Shown: piece by piece, positions 31,434-42,063 of the stretch
Layout of the letters: every line of letters starts with the position of its first letter
How positions within the stretch are numbered: position 1 is the first letter of the stretch
Assembly (NCBI GenBank): GCA_041740355.1
Contig: JBGSMD010000016.1
Location: 128,001-192,000, forward strand
Direction: 5' to 3'
From: Bdellovibrionota bacterium
GTDB lineage: Bacteria; Bdellovibrionota_C; UBA2361; CALJRW01
DNA: 64,000 bases
Program-made: the position numbers and the translations under genes
Notes under the pieces: generated by a model
The model's database searches: none
The model's input: only the letters and a program-made list of their open reading frames with translations
Told to the model about the DNA's origin: nothing

Positions 31434-31670
31434 AGCGAAGATTAATATTATCTAATAAAAATTGAAGGAAGCTAATCCTAATTTTTGCAATGATTAATGG
31501 GTTTTAGTATCTATCGTCCATAAACTATTAAATATTTAGCATATTCTTGTAAAATCAACTGATACATACTGGGTTTAGATAGGAGTAATCTCAAGTTTTA
31601 TTGTTATAGCTCTAAATCTTCACTTTTAAAGATAGTAATTTTTGATATCAACAGCTATAATAGTTAAAGA

Positions 31671-32213
31671 ATGAGATCATTAAACTTACTCCGTTTGCTT
31701 TTGATTCTATTAATATTACTAACGACATCATGTGGTTCAGATGATTCCCAAATCTTAATTATCTCTTCCAATTATCCAGCAAATGGTGCCGACCCTAACT
31801 CGGGTGGCACCGGTTCTTCTATCGGCTTTGTTTCTAGAAACAATGGAAAGATTAATAAAAATTTTACTACTTCAGATAGTTTTGTGCATATTAATGATCA
31901 GTCAGATGCAGCTTGCCTAGGTGCTGTTATTGGTAAAAATTCTATTTTAACAAATGCAGACTGCCTAAGTGGTAATGGAGATACTAATATTGCCAACCTT
32001 GATGGTAAGCTTATAGAAACTAAATACATTTATTTCTCTCAAGAACAATGGGGCGACAATAATAATCTTGCCATTATCAAAACTGCTGAAAATTTAAATC
32101 TACCAGTAATTAGTATCTTAGCCATTCAACAAACTATCGCCCTAACAAATCTTAACCAATCTGAATTCATTCAATTTATTAGGGAAAATGTACCTGATGT
32201 TTTATTACAATGA
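31671..32213 (+). CDS. Lipoprotein with degenerate, internally deleted trypsin-like domain
   Basis: Lipobox TTSC; CLGAVIGKNSILTNADC (cf. CSGxxIxxxxVLTAAHC); NNLAII (cf. NDIAL); no GDSGG. Confidence 0.6.
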   Translation: MRSLNLLRLLLILLILLTTSCGSDDSQILIISSNYPANGADPNSGGTGSSIGFVSRNNGKINKNFTTSDSFVHINDQSDAACLGAVIGKNSILTNADCLSGNGDTNIANLDGKLIETKYIYFSQEQWGDNNNLAIIKTAENLNLPVISILAIQQTIALTNLNQSEFIQFIRENVPDVLLQ

Positions 32214-32487
32214 TCATTTGGAACTTATCAGGAAATTGGATCCCCTTGAAAATAAAAAGGCTCTTAATAAGCTAAGAGCTTCAGCTAAACAAATCATAAA
32301 TTTTTATCAGCAGAACTGGTCAGCATTTAGTCTGAATGCTGTAAGGCTTGATATAAAAAGTTTAATTATTAACCTTAATAAATCTACTCGTGAGGCTACT
32401 TCTGGCGATCAAAGTAAATTAGGTAAAATAAAAAAGACCCAAAGGACAATTATTAAGAAGGTTCAAGTGGCTATTAAAGATTTATAA
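32188..32487 (+). CDS. Small basic helical hypothetical protein or fragment
   Basis: 99-aa ORF overlapping the previous gene end. Confidence 0.4.
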   Translation: MYLMFYYNDHLELIRKLDPLENKKALNKLRASAKQIINFYQQNWSAFSLNAVRLDIKSLIINLNKSTREATSGDQSKLGKIKKTQRTIIKKVQVAIKDL

Positions 32488-32578
32488 TATAGTAAACTCA
32501 AGAGTGAGTTTCCAATAAACCAATTCGAAATTCCTTTGGGTTGAATATCTTTGTTGTTATTTTCATTCAAACCTAGAT

Positions 32579-32646
32579 ACTTGACCGCTGACTTGTCCGC
32601 CGTAGCTTCAGCGAAGGTGGAAGGTTCAGCATTAGAGGAAGCGAAA
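32579..32646 (+). repeat. REP-like repeat family A (longest copy)
   Basis: ACTTGACCGCTG-ACTTGTCCGCCGTAGCTTCAGCGAAGGTGGAAGGTTCAGC... Confidence 0.8.
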
Positions 32647-32781
32647 GTAAATAAAGGATTAGAAAAAGCCGCTAATATTAATTTTTTATAAAATCAATAT
32701 TCAAAGAGAGTCCAAAAGTAATTTAACTAAGGAAATTCTTTTTTTCCAAATAATCTTAAGTTTCATTCAGAACTGGCGTTG

Positions 32782-33861
32782 TTAGTGCCCCAACTCCTCT
32801 TTAGAATCTTTTAATAGTTCTTCAAATCTTAATTTATCCCCCGCTTTCATATAAGCTTCATTCACCGAAATAACGCCTTTAGTTGCTAAATCCCAAAGGA
32901 CATCATCCATAAACTGCATACCCTGCAGCTTTCCTTGTTGAATCACACCTTCGATTTGAGCAATCTTACCTTCTCTAATTAAATTTCCAAGACCCGAAGT
33001 TTCTAAGAGAATTTCATTTACAGCACAACGACCTTTGCCGTCCTTGGTTTTACATAAGAGCTGTGAAACAACTCCACGGAGCGAACTTGAAAGCATTACT
33101 CTAACTTGAGATTGTTGATCATGAGGAAATGTATCAATAATTCGATTAATTGTTTTTGCCGCAGAGTTAGTGTGTAACGTGCCAAAAACTAAGGTCCCCA
33201 TTTCCGCTGCAGTTAGAGCAAGTGCAATCGTTTCTTGATCGCGCATCTCACCCACCAATATCACATCCAAATCTTGTCTGGTTGACGTTTCCAGAGCATC
33301 GGCAAAGGAGTGACAATCAATCCCCACTTCTCTTTGTACGAAGACTGATTGTTTATTGGGATGAACAAACTCGATTGGCTCCTCAATTGTTAATATTTTT
33401 TTCTTTTGGTTTGTATTAATATAATCAATAATCGCAGCTAAAGTTGTCGACTTACCAGATCCTGTTGGACCCGTTACTAAAACTAGCCCACTCTTAAAAT
33501 TAGCAAAGGTTTTTAGAATAGGTGGGACTTTCAAGTCTTCCAGTGTCAAAATTTTCGTTGGAATGATCCTAAAAATACAGCCCATTCCACTATTTTGCAT
33601 ATAATAATTTGCTCGGAAACGAGCCAACTTTTCATAGGCATAGGCAAAATCCATATCACCAACATGGAGATATTTTTTCCATCTGTTTGGTTCGCAAATC
33701 TCTTGCATCATTCGACCTAAAATCTCCCCAGTTAAAATTTCCTCACCAATAGCTTGCATCGAACCATGCAATCTAGCTTTTGGTTTTTGACCCTCTGCTA
33801 AATGTAAATCAGAGCTACCCTCGGCAATTAATATTTTAAAATACTTATCTATTTCAGACAT
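32782..33861 (-). CDS. pilT: Type IV pilus retraction ATPase PilT
   Basis: SDLHL, GPTGSGKST Walker A, TIEEPIE, VGEMRD, TLHT, LGNLIRE. Confidence 0.92.
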   Translation of the reverse strand: MSEIDKYFKILIAEGSSDLHLAEGQKPKARLHGSMQAIGEEILTGEILGRMMQEICEPNRWKKYLHVGDMDFAYAYEKLARFRANYYMQNSGMGCIFRIIPTKILTLEDLKVPPILKTFANFKSGLVLVTGPTGSGKSTTLAAIIDYINTNQKKKILTIEEPIEFVHPNKQSVFVQREVGIDCHSFADALETSTRQDLDVILVGEMRDQETIALALTAAEMGTLVFGTLHTNSAAKTINRIIDTFPHDQQSQVRVMLSSSLRGVVSQLLCKTKDGKGRCAVNEILLETSGLGNLIREGKIAQIEGVIQQGKLQGMQFMDDVLWDLATKGVISVNEAYMKAGDKLRFEELLKDSKEELGH

Positions 33862-34013
33862 AATATATTTGGAGTAAATTTAAAAAATCTCAGTGGAACA
33901 AAAATTAAACATACATAAATTCTAAATACTGACTTCAAGTTAATAATGCATAAGCAACATTTAACAAATGTTTCGTATTGGCAGTTATTAGTAAAAAATT
34001 TTGACAAACAATA

Positions 34014-35600
34014 TTACTTAACATCACTCATACTCTTACCAAGTTTACTGGGTTCTCGCGCGTATTCTCTAGCGATCGCCTCAGTAATTACACCCTGCTG
34101 CCATAATTGATAAATTGAATCATCCATCCGAATCATTCCATCACGAACACTAGTTTGCATAATATTATCCAACATAAATGTTTTACCTTCGATAATATTT
34201 TTTCTAACACTTACGTTATTTAACAAAACTTCAACTGCCAGGACTGTTCCATTTCCATCAGCTCGAGGAAGTAGTTGTTGACAAATTACACCTCTAATAC
34301 TTTCGGCAATCATCACACGAATTTGTCCTTGCTGTTTAGCTGGGAAAGCATCAATAATTCGATCTACTGTTCGGATGGCGGAAGTTGTATGTAAAGAGGC
34401 TAGAACTAGGTGTCCGGTCTCAGCAGCAGAAATTGACGCACTAATTGTATCTAGGTCTCGTAATTCTCCAACCATAATAATATCTGGGTCTTCCCTTAAA
34501 GCCCCTCTTAAGGCATTGGCATAACTCATAGTATTAATGCCCAGTGCCCTTTGAGTAACTTGCGAAAGTTTGGAACTATGCACGTACTCAATTGGGTCCT
34601 CCACTGTAATAATATGTTCCCTTCTTGTGGAATTAATTAAATCAATCATCGCGGCCAAAGTCGTCGTTTTTCCACACCCTTTCGAACCAGTTACCAGCAC
34701 CAGACCTTGATGGTACTCGGTTAATCGCTTAGCAACATTTGGTAGACCAAGACTATCGAAACTCGGGGATTGCTCGTTAATTATCCTAAATGTTCCAGAC
34801 CATCCATTAGAGCCTTGAATAATATTGGCTCGATAGCGCAAATTGTCCGGAGAAATAAGACAATAATCTAGCCCTAAATTTGATTTTATTTTTTCTAACT
34901 GTCTTTCTGATAAAATACTAAAAAGCATTTCCATTGATTCCTCAGCAGAAATTATTTTTTCACCTATTTTAATAATCTGACCATGTTTTCTAATAAATGG
35001 AAGGGTAGTTGGACTTAAATGAAAATCACTCGCTCCCTCATTACGCGCGTATTGAAGATACTCAATTAACTTAAGACCTAAACCCTTAGGCTTAGATATT
35101 GGATTAGGAATTAGCCCCGGACCTTCGATCTTATTTCGCTCCATTAGCTCGGCAGGCGCATTCTTGGCAGGTTCAACTTTGATTGGAGTAGATTTTAATT
35201 TTTCTTTTGATTCCTCAGGAATGTTTCTTTCTTGATCTTTGACGTCAAGCGCAAATTCGATTGTTACTGATTTCCTTGGTTCAATTTTATTAAATGAAAT
35301 TGGTTCTGTTGGTGCACTGAGTCCTGGGACATGCTCTAAATGTTCATCTACAATTTTAAATTCTTCCTTGGCAATGACTTTAATTAAGGGTTTAGTAAAG
35401 TTTTCTCCGTGATTTTGAATACCTAGAACTATTTTATCAATGATATCAGGTCTGATTTTATTTCTGGCACGTAATTCTGCAGGTAAACTTGTATTTGTAC
35501 CTTCCAACTGTTTAACAATCAGGTCCAAGATCTCCTGACTAACAAATTTATTGAGTAGAACAATCCGATAAAACTGCTTTTCCCCATCATCTAATGACAT
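34014..35600 (-). CDS. pilT: PilT/PilU-family ATPase with ~170-aa N-terminal extension
   Basis: ASDFHL, GSKGCGKTT, TVEDPIE, LREDPD.IMVGELRD, AAETGHLV. Confidence 0.88.
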   Translation of the reverse strand: MSLDDGEKQFYRIVLLNKFVSQEILDLIVKQLEGTNTSLPAELRARNKIRPDIIDKIVLGIQNHGENFTKPLIKVIAKEEFKIVDEHLEHVPGLSAPTEPISFNKIEPRKSVTIEFALDVKDQERNIPEESKEKLKSTPIKVEPAKNAPAELMERNKIEGPGLIPNPISKPKGLGLKLIEYLQYARNEGASDFHLSPTTLPFIRKHGQIIKIGEKIISAEESMEMLFSILSERQLEKIKSNLGLDYCLISPDNLRYRANIIQGSNGWSGTFRIINEQSPSFDSLGLPNVAKRLTEYHQGLVLVTGSKGCGKTTTLAAMIDLINSTRREHIITVEDPIEYVHSSKLSQVTQRALGINTMSYANALRGALREDPDIIMVGELRDLDTISASISAAETGHLVLASLHTTSAIRTVDRIIDAFPAKQQGQIRVMIAESIRGVICQQLLPRADGNGTVLAVEVLLNNVSVRKNIIEGKTFMLDNIMQTSVRDGMIRMDDSIYQLWQQGVITEAIAREYAREPSKLGKSMSDVK

Positions 35601-35887
35601 GGGTAAGTATCTTTAACAACATACACTCTAATCGCCAATTCAAGGCTTTTACTTTAATTTTTTGTTAAAGGAATCTCGAACATAGAATTTGCCAAGCCCT
35701 TCGATAATTCAACTTTGGCTTTATTTGGTAATCAACTTTCTCAAAATTATTTCTAATTTCGCATGACAGAAATTGCTAGTGTCAAAATTTGACCAGATAA
35801 ATTTGGAATAACTAGCTTAAATTTGCCATTAAAATATAAATTATAAACTATTAGAGTTCTCTTTATGTTTTGTATGACCTAAAAAGC

Positions 35888-35903
35888 TGGCACGATACTT
35901 GCA
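35888..35903 (+). promoter_or_regulatory. Sigma54 (-24/-12) promoter
   Basis: TGGCACG-ATAC-TTGCA is a perfect consensus match, 40 bp upstream of a pilin-like ORF. Confidence 0.85.
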
Positions 35904-35943
35904 TGATTAAAATAGGTAGAATTTAAGCTTAAGCGTAGCTGAA

Positions 35944-36072
35944 ATGAAAAATAACAAATTTACATTAATAGAATTATTAGTAGCTGTAACAATTGTTGGA
36001 ATCTTAGGAGCTATTGCTATTCCTCACTTTGAGTCCTACTTAACAACTAAAAAGCAGTCTTCTAGTAATTAA
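35944..36072 (+). CDS. Very short type IV pilin-like peptide (42 aa; absent from the ORF track)
   Basis: Translated by hand: MKNNK|FTLIELLVAVTIVGILGAIAIPHFESYLTTKKQSSSN*. Confidence 0.8.
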   Translation: MKNNKFTLIELLVAVTIVGILGAIAIPHFESYLTTKKQSSSN

Positions 36073-36143
36073 TCTAACTTGCCTTAAATCCCTTTTGGCA
36101 TTTGTCATACAAGAATGACATCTAACTTCGTAAATTATACCAA

Positions 36144-36845
36144 CTAATTAGTTAATTTTCCAGCTCGAGCAGCTCCCATTTGAGTTCGTAGTTGCGCTGC
36201 CCAAAAATCAAAAGACTCTTTAGCATCATTCCATCCTCCAAATTTAGAACGTAGTGCCTTTGTCCCAATACGCTTATCTACCGCTGCAGCTAAACGCCTT
36301 TCTGTAAATGAGTCACGAATATCAATTTCACACTGTGCTTCGCCAACAAAACTATCAGAACCTGTCACTACGCGTTTAAGTGAACTTAATGCTAAACCGA
36401 CAGGAAGAATAGTAGAAACTGTATTCATCATGACTTTGGAGCTGTCCGCATCAGTAATCGCCACTTTAATTCTCATTACATCTGGAGCAGGCGTTGCTAC
36501 TATTTTATAATCTTTTGCTAATTCGATATGAATTGCGGCAGTGAAATAATCAGCTAGCGCTTGTCTTTCCTCGTAACTTGCTTTGGATAATTTAGAATCT
36601 TTACTTGCATAGAAACTAACTGGATCAATAATTACTTTATTATACATTGACCACTGTGCCGATGGATGAACATACCTTAGTAATGCCTGGTCACTCTCTC
36701 CTGCTTTTAGCTGTGAGTAATCTCCAAGAAATCCAGACTTTTGCACAGAACGACTTTGGTGGGTAGTTGAACAGGCCAACAAGACTATAGAAAATAATCC
36801 AATAATTAGGACCTGAACAAGGGTGATTTTATTATTCATCTTCAT
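36144..36845 (-). CDS. DUF3313 (YdcL-like) lipoprotein
   Basis: Lipobox LLAC; SGFLGDYSQL, AAAVDKR, FDFWA. Confidence 0.88.
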   Translation of the reverse strand: MKMNNKITLVQVLIIGLFSIVLLACSTTHQSRSVQKSGFLGDYSQLKAGESDQALLRYVHPSAQWSMYNKVIIDPVSFYASKDSKLSKASYEERQALADYFTAAIHIELAKDYKIVATPAPDVMRIKVAITDADSSKVMMNTVSTILPVGLALSSLKRVVTGSDSFVGEAQCEIDIRDSFTERRLAAAVDKRIGTKALRSKFGGWNDAKESFDFWAAQLRTQMGAARAGKLTN

Positions 36846-37477
36846 TTTTATTAATAAAACTCAAGGCAATATAATATACCTTAAAAAAACTTGCCCTGTC
36901 TATCAATTATTTTCTTGTAATCTAGCTAGCTAATTATGAAGAAATTAATCTAATTTACGAGGAAGTTAACATAGCTGAAATAAAGATTATCAAAGACTGA
37001 TGTAGATTAATGTTTTAAAAAAGCTAGTAATCTCAAGCTTAATAATTTTTTAGATCTGCGAACAATGAAAATTAATCTAGCTGAGTTTCTTCGGAACTAA
37101 TACTTATTAAGAGTTACTCAAGTCAGAGTATCCCTATCAGCTAACTTAATTCCAATTCTCAGAAACCATCTATCTATATTAATTTATTTTAGAAGTGTTT
37201 ACGGCCACACATAATTGTCCATTTGAAAAACTGATTATTAATCCAAAATGAAGTCTTGTTGAAATCATCAACACTTATTGGCTAAAGGTTACTAAGTAAA
37301 AAATTTAGGGTTATCAGATGGCTGCATGCCTTCAGGTAACTTTTACCCAGTATGATCTAAATCATACGATCAAAAGCGATAAAATAATATATTATAAAAT
37401 TCTAAAAATAATTCTTACCTAATAAAACTTAGCATACTTTATTTTGACTCAAATTTAATCTGTAATCAATTTAATTT

Positions 37478-38851
37478 ATGAATAGTAAAATAATTACTCT
37501 AAGTCCTAGATACAAAATAAGTCTTTTGTTAATATTTATCGTTTTGATAGCATTACAATTAATTTCATTTTCGACTGTTTCTGCTCAGACCTGTCCTTCA
37601 ACATCCCCTTTGGAAAGTGCTCGGAACTTTGCCGCACTGGGTGGATCTGCCATCACCAACACTGGAAACACTACGATTATAGGAGATCTAGGTGTTAGTC
37701 CAAGTAGTACAATCACTGGATTATCAAGTGTTACTCAAGTTGGATCTGTACATCAAGCAGATGCAGTTGCTGCTCAAGCCCAAGTCGAGGTTACAACTCT
37801 TTATAATACTTTAAGTGTTTTACCATTTGATGCTGATTTAAGTGGGATTAATCTTGGAGGATTAGTTTTAACACCAGGGACTTATCGCTTTTCTTCTTCT
37901 GCCCAATTAACAGGCACTCTCACCTTAAACACACTGGGCGATCCAGATGCATCTTTCATCTTTCAAATTGGATCAACCTTAACTACCGCTAGTGGCTCTA
38001 TGGTTAATATTATAGGCAGCTCCAATGATAACATCTACTGGGCCGTAGGAAGTTCAGCAACTTTTGGAACAACCACAGCTTTTGCCGGTAATGTCCTTGC
38101 CCTTGCAAGTATTACATTAAATACTGGCGCTAGTATACAATGTGGTAGAGCATTTGCACGGACTGGTGCTGTGACATTAAATGCCGCTGAAATTGAGATC
38201 TGCGATCAGAGCTGTCTAGTTCCGGCATGTGGTGACGCTATCTTGCAGACAGGTGAACAATGTGACGATGGGAATGTTATTGATAATGATGCTTGTAGTA
38301 ACTCCTGTGTTATTCAAGTTCAAGATTGTGATGGAGTCTTTAATGGCTCAGCAGAAATTGATCACTGTGGAGTTTGTAATGGCGATGGCTATTCCTGTCT
38401 AACTTGTGTTGAAACTAATAATACTGCGCAACAATTAATACTTGACTCCTCCTCTCTTAAACTTAAGAGTCTAGTAATAAAATCCACCCGAGAGATAATG
38501 CAATTGGGTGGAAAAGTTCCAAGCTTAGTATCTTTTGTTAGACCTCTGCGTTTAGAAGCATCGGATTTATCACTACTCAACTGGCAATTTGCATGGTCGA
38601 TACCGACTCTTACACAAGATTGTAATCCTAGCCCATTTTGTTCTGAAGTTAGTTATTCAGACTTAAAAACAAGATTTATATTAAACGAAAGACGTCTTGC
38701 TCGTATTGTTAGTCGAGCGGTAACTAAACTTCAAGAGATTACCAATAATCCAAGATATGGGAATAGATATATTCGTGCTGCCAAAAGAGAAGTTCAACTT
38801 GCAATTGAAGCAAATAACCTAATTCCAGATAGTGATACCCAATGTATATAA
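37478..38851 (+). CDS. Ice-binding family (DUF3494) protein with Myxococcus-type Cys-rich repeat
   Basis: FAALGGSAITNTG, LTPGTY, FIFQIGSTLTT, WAVGSSAT; CGDAILQTGEQCDDGN; DCDGVFNG...DHCGVCNGDG. Confidence 0.9.
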   Translation: MNSKIITLSPRYKISLLLIFIVLIALQLISFSTVSAQTCPSTSPLESARNFAALGGSAITNTGNTTIIGDLGVSPSSTITGLSSVTQVGSVHQADAVAAQAQVEVTTLYNTLSVLPFDADLSGINLGGLVLTPGTYRFSSSAQLTGTLTLNTLGDPDASFIFQIGSTLTTASGSMVNIIGSSNDNIYWAVGSSATFGTTTAFAGNVLALASITLNTGASIQCGRAFARTGAVTLNAAEIEICDQSCLVPACGDAILQTGEQCDDGNVIDNDACSNSCVIQVQDCDGVFNGSAEIDHCGVCNGDGYSCLTCVETNNTAQQLILDSSSLKLKSLVIKSTREIMQLGGKVPSLVSFVRPLRLEASDLSLLNWQFAWSIPTLTQDCNPSPFCSEVSYSDLKTRFILNERRLARIVSRAVTKLQEITNNPRYGNRYIRAAKREVQLAIEANNLIPDSDTQCI

Positions 38852-38958
38852 TTTGAATTAATGGCTATCTTAGTTCAGTTTTTATTAGGCGGTTTAGAAG
38901 AAACGAAGATTAATATATTAACTAATACCTAAATCATCCAATGGTGAAAGATAGTAAC

Positions 38959-39010
38959 TACACAAGGCGACATTGAAAATTATAGATTCAACAATTAGTC
39001 GCCTAGTGTA
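38959..39010 (+). repeat. MITE-like repeat family B
   Basis: TACACAAGGCGAC ... GTCGCCTAGTGTA (12/13 inverted repeat) with the ATTGAAAATTA core. Confidence 0.7.
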
Positions 39011-39021
39011 TTATTGCAAAA

Positions 39022-39639
39022 TTATTTTACCAAAGGATTAATTGAAAGAGCTACAGCCTCGGCATAACTAATTAGAACAGTATCACCAACTTTTACCCGA
39101 GTAAGATTTTCAGGGATATTAACATTTAGAACTTGCTTAGATTTATTCGGCGTTAAGACAGTAACGGTGGCATTCTCCTGATCTATCGCTACAATAGTTA
39201 CAATAGTATTGAGGACAGAGGCAACTTCAACTCCCGGTGGTAAATCTAAATCAGTTTTTCCAGCAACTATGTCAAAGGTAGCTGGATTTGAGCGTTCTTT
39301 CTCTGTCACTGGACGAACTTCAAAGGCAAGGCTCTCGTAGTATTTTGCTTTGACCTGATCACCAACTTTAATTTCATTAAGACGCTTGATTTCATCAGAT
39401 ACTATAATCTTAGTTTCAGTTCCATTATGGCTTAACAAAACCACTTCTCTGGACTGATAATTAATTTTTTTGACTGTAGCGGTTGCCTCTATTAAGTCGG
39501 TTCGTTGTTGAACCAAAGGTCCCTTTGAGGAGCGAAGTAAGGTAGATTCAACTTTTGGTTCTGGTGGTGTTGAAACTGAAGTGCAAGCTGAAATTAATGT
39601 TGCTGCAATTAGTATCACAAAAGTAAATATTTTTTTCAT
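39022..39639 (-). CDS. Lipoprotein with two OB-fold-like repeats
   Basis: Lipobox ISAC; duplicated IKVGDQV / VKVGDTV. Confidence 0.8.
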   Translation of the reverse strand: MKKIFTFVILIAATLISACTSVSTPPEPKVESTLLRSSKGPLVQQRTDLIEATATVKKINYQSREVVLLSHNGTETKIIVSDEIKRLNEIKVGDQVKAKYYESLAFEVRPVTEKERSNPATFDIVAGKTDLDLPPGVEVASVLNTIVTIVAIDQENATVTVLTPNKSKQVLNVNIPENLTRVKVGDTVLISYAEAVALSINPLVK

Positions 39640-39935
39640 TTTGTTTTTCCAAAGATTAAAAGGACTATAAATCTCTATTTAAAAACTAAAGATTTTTTCC
39701 ACGTGTACTTTAAAAGATAGTCATATAGTTGTAAACTAAAAATTTATTTCTTTACTGTCAATAAAAGAAAACCAAAGTACATTGTCTAATCTGATCGGCT
39801 ATCAATTATCATGACTCAGTTTAGAATATCGTAATCGATGTCCAAATTAATTATTTCATACAGCTAGTATGATTTACTTACTCAGGCTTTATTGAGAATC
39901 TAAATACTATTTAGGGAATAATTTATTGTTAAAAG

Positions 39936-41051
39936 CTATTCCTGATATGCTAATCCCATCAGTTGATCTAACTCAATCTTAATAGTTGGATCAAGGTGTG
40001 TTCCACCACTGCCTGTAAAACCATTAGTTACTAATTCTTTTAAAAGTTCAAAAGCATCTTTAGCTTCGTCACTACCTGGGTATTGTTTAATACATAGTTT
40101 AAGATACATCTCTGGAAGTTCATAAATAAAAAACATCGGCGTACGCGCATATATTAAACCTAAATAAAATAAGCTTTTTCGATTTTCTTCGGGAGTCATC
40201 TGACCACGTTCGTACATCTTATGAAAACCAGCTGCTGCTCTTAAAAGCTTTATTAAATTTATCTTTTCGTAAATTGGTTGGTTAGAAAGTAAAAGATCAG
40301 AGATTAAAGCTTTGTTTTCTGAAAACACTAAAGAGATTTGACCACCAACGTTTTTCCAATCCTCTAAGGATTTAATCCAAGCATGTAAATCTTGCAGTTC
40401 ATACTTGGAAATTTTAGGATTTTTTTTGATAAAATTATTTAATTTCTTAATTCCCAATTCTGGATTATGCATAACCCGAACAATTAAATCGATCCAACGG
40501 TTAAAGGCATAATTAAATCCATATTTTTGATAATCTGCTTGAGTAATAAATTCCCAGTAATATTTTTTAGCATCCACGTATTGCCTACTTGCTAATAAGA
40601 ACTCCGCTTTTTCAAAACTATTAAAATTTTGAGGGATATCACTGTCTTTAAAGGATATATCAACATGAAAATTCGCATGACAAGTTTGACAACTGGTGCT
40701 GATGGTTTTTAGTCGCCAAAGTGACCAGTCATCGCTAGAACCTGGAGTTTTAAGATTCGCTTGCACTTGATCTAGGGTGCTTAGTAATTGTTCCAAGTTA
40801 TCCTTAAACGCTGGAAGACTTGCTTGGTTCGGATAATCTTGGAAGTTATGGAGTGAACCTCTAAGTGAAGTCACAAGTTCGTATAATTTGATTCTTTCTG
40901 CCTCTGTTAAGCTGGACTTATCATTATTATGAATTATTTTTTGAATATCTTTAAAATTTTCATAAGCTTTAACCATCGGCCGTGGATCCTCTTCTGCTAA
41001 AAGTGTCAGAGAAGTTAGAGCTAAAATTAATATCAGAAAATAGCGATACAT
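39936..41051 (-). CDS. Exported monoheme c-type cytochrome (helical bundle plus TPR-like region)
   Basis: Signal peptide; single CQTCH after a helical segment; C-terminal YLKLCI..YPGS..A, GFTGSGGTHL. Confidence 0.75.
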   Translation of the reverse strand: MYRYFLILILALTSLTLLAEEDPRPMVKAYENFKDIQKIIHNNDKSSLTEAERIKLYELVTSLRGSLHNFQDYPNQASLPAFKDNLEQLLSTLDQVQANLKTPGSSDDWSLWRLKTISTSCQTCHANFHVDISFKDSDIPQNFNSFEKAEFLLASRQYVDAKKYYWEFITQADYQKYGFNYAFNRWIDLIVRVMHNPELGIKKLNNFIKKNPKISKYELQDLHAWIKSLEDWKNVGGQISLVFSENKALISDLLLSNQPIYEKINLIKLLRAAAGFHKMYERGQMTPEENRKSLFYLGLIYARTPMFFIYELPEMYLKLCIKQYPGSDEAKDAFELLKELVTNGFTGSGGTHLDPTIKIELDQLMGLAYQE

Positions 41052-41586
41052 AATGGTATGAAAAATTAAAAAATGTTCATTAGAACCTAATTCTTTATTG
41101 CATTAATGAATATCAAAACAAAAAAAGAAATCTAAGGCTCTACCTATCATTTTGAGAATTATAAACTCAAGATAACGAGGTTTTTGTCTTGTATTCTAGG
41201 GCAAAAAAACGTCTTAGCTTTTATCTTGCTCGTCCACTGTCATTCATTTTTAGTCAAATATTAAGTTTATACTAAAACGACTGCGAAAAGCTAATCAAAA
41301 CAAGTCTTATTGATACTATAGCAGATATAAATAAAAGCGGGGAAATTTCTTTCTCATTTATAAAATTCTTTATGGTGAAAATATTTCCAAATATTCGCTA
41401 ACTTCCAATCATCCTCAAAACAGCTCTTAGAATAATTAACCCCGCGAAGAAAAACTGTAAAAAACCTTTTCATTTCACATACCAACTTAACATATGTTTT
41501 CTCCCAAGAAATTAATCAAATTTAAGTCGTATATTTCACTAGCATAACCTAGAGTCACCGCTAATAGATAGTTTTTGATTTATATA

Positions 41587-41633
41587 TATTAGGCGACTAG
41601 ATAAAAAACGATAATTATCTAAGTGACCTAGTA
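41587..41633 (-). repeat. MITE-like repeat family B (reverse orientation)
   Basis: Minus strand TACTAGGTCAC...ATAATTATCGTTTTTT...TAGTCGCCTAATA. Confidence 0.6.
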
Positions 41634-41710
41634 TATTTAGATTAATTTGCTTGTGTGACAATGCTTAATGGACTATTATATCTATTAAGTTTGCTACAAT
41701 AGGCTATTCT

Positions 41711-41902
41711 ATGAAATGTAATGTCGGGAAAAATGATCGTGTCTTGCGAATAATAATTGGACTTCTAGTTTTATCAGCTGGATTAATGTTTAGTTCATGG
41801 TGGGGTTTAATTGGACTAGTTCCATTACTTACTGGGATCATGAAATGGTGTCCTGCTTACTGCCCATTAAATATTTCAACTTGTAGTACTGATAAGAAAT
41901 AA
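41711..41902 (+). CDS. DUF2892 (YgaP-like) membrane protein
   Basis: NVGKNDRVLRII...PLLTG..WCPAY..LNISTC. Confidence 0.92.
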   Translation: MKCNVGKNDRVLRIIIGLLVLSAGLMFSSWWGLIGLVPLLTGIMKWCPAYCPLNISTCSTDKK

Positions 41903-42063
41903 AATTTGATTCTGTATTATTATCGAAAGGTCCCCGATTAAACTAAATTCTTAATTAATGAATTATTAAGTTTAATGATTGTGAGAGTCTTTAAATTATA
42001 AATTAAAGTATTAATTTATTCCTTACAAAAAACTGTTAGCTATTTTTATAAATTTTTATACGA

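Noticed and set aside
7400-32700. Integron cassette array (many stand-alone genes with intergenic palindromes)
   Set aside because: Mixed gene orientations, long spacers, no consistent RYYYAAC...GTTRRRY attC sites and no integrase.
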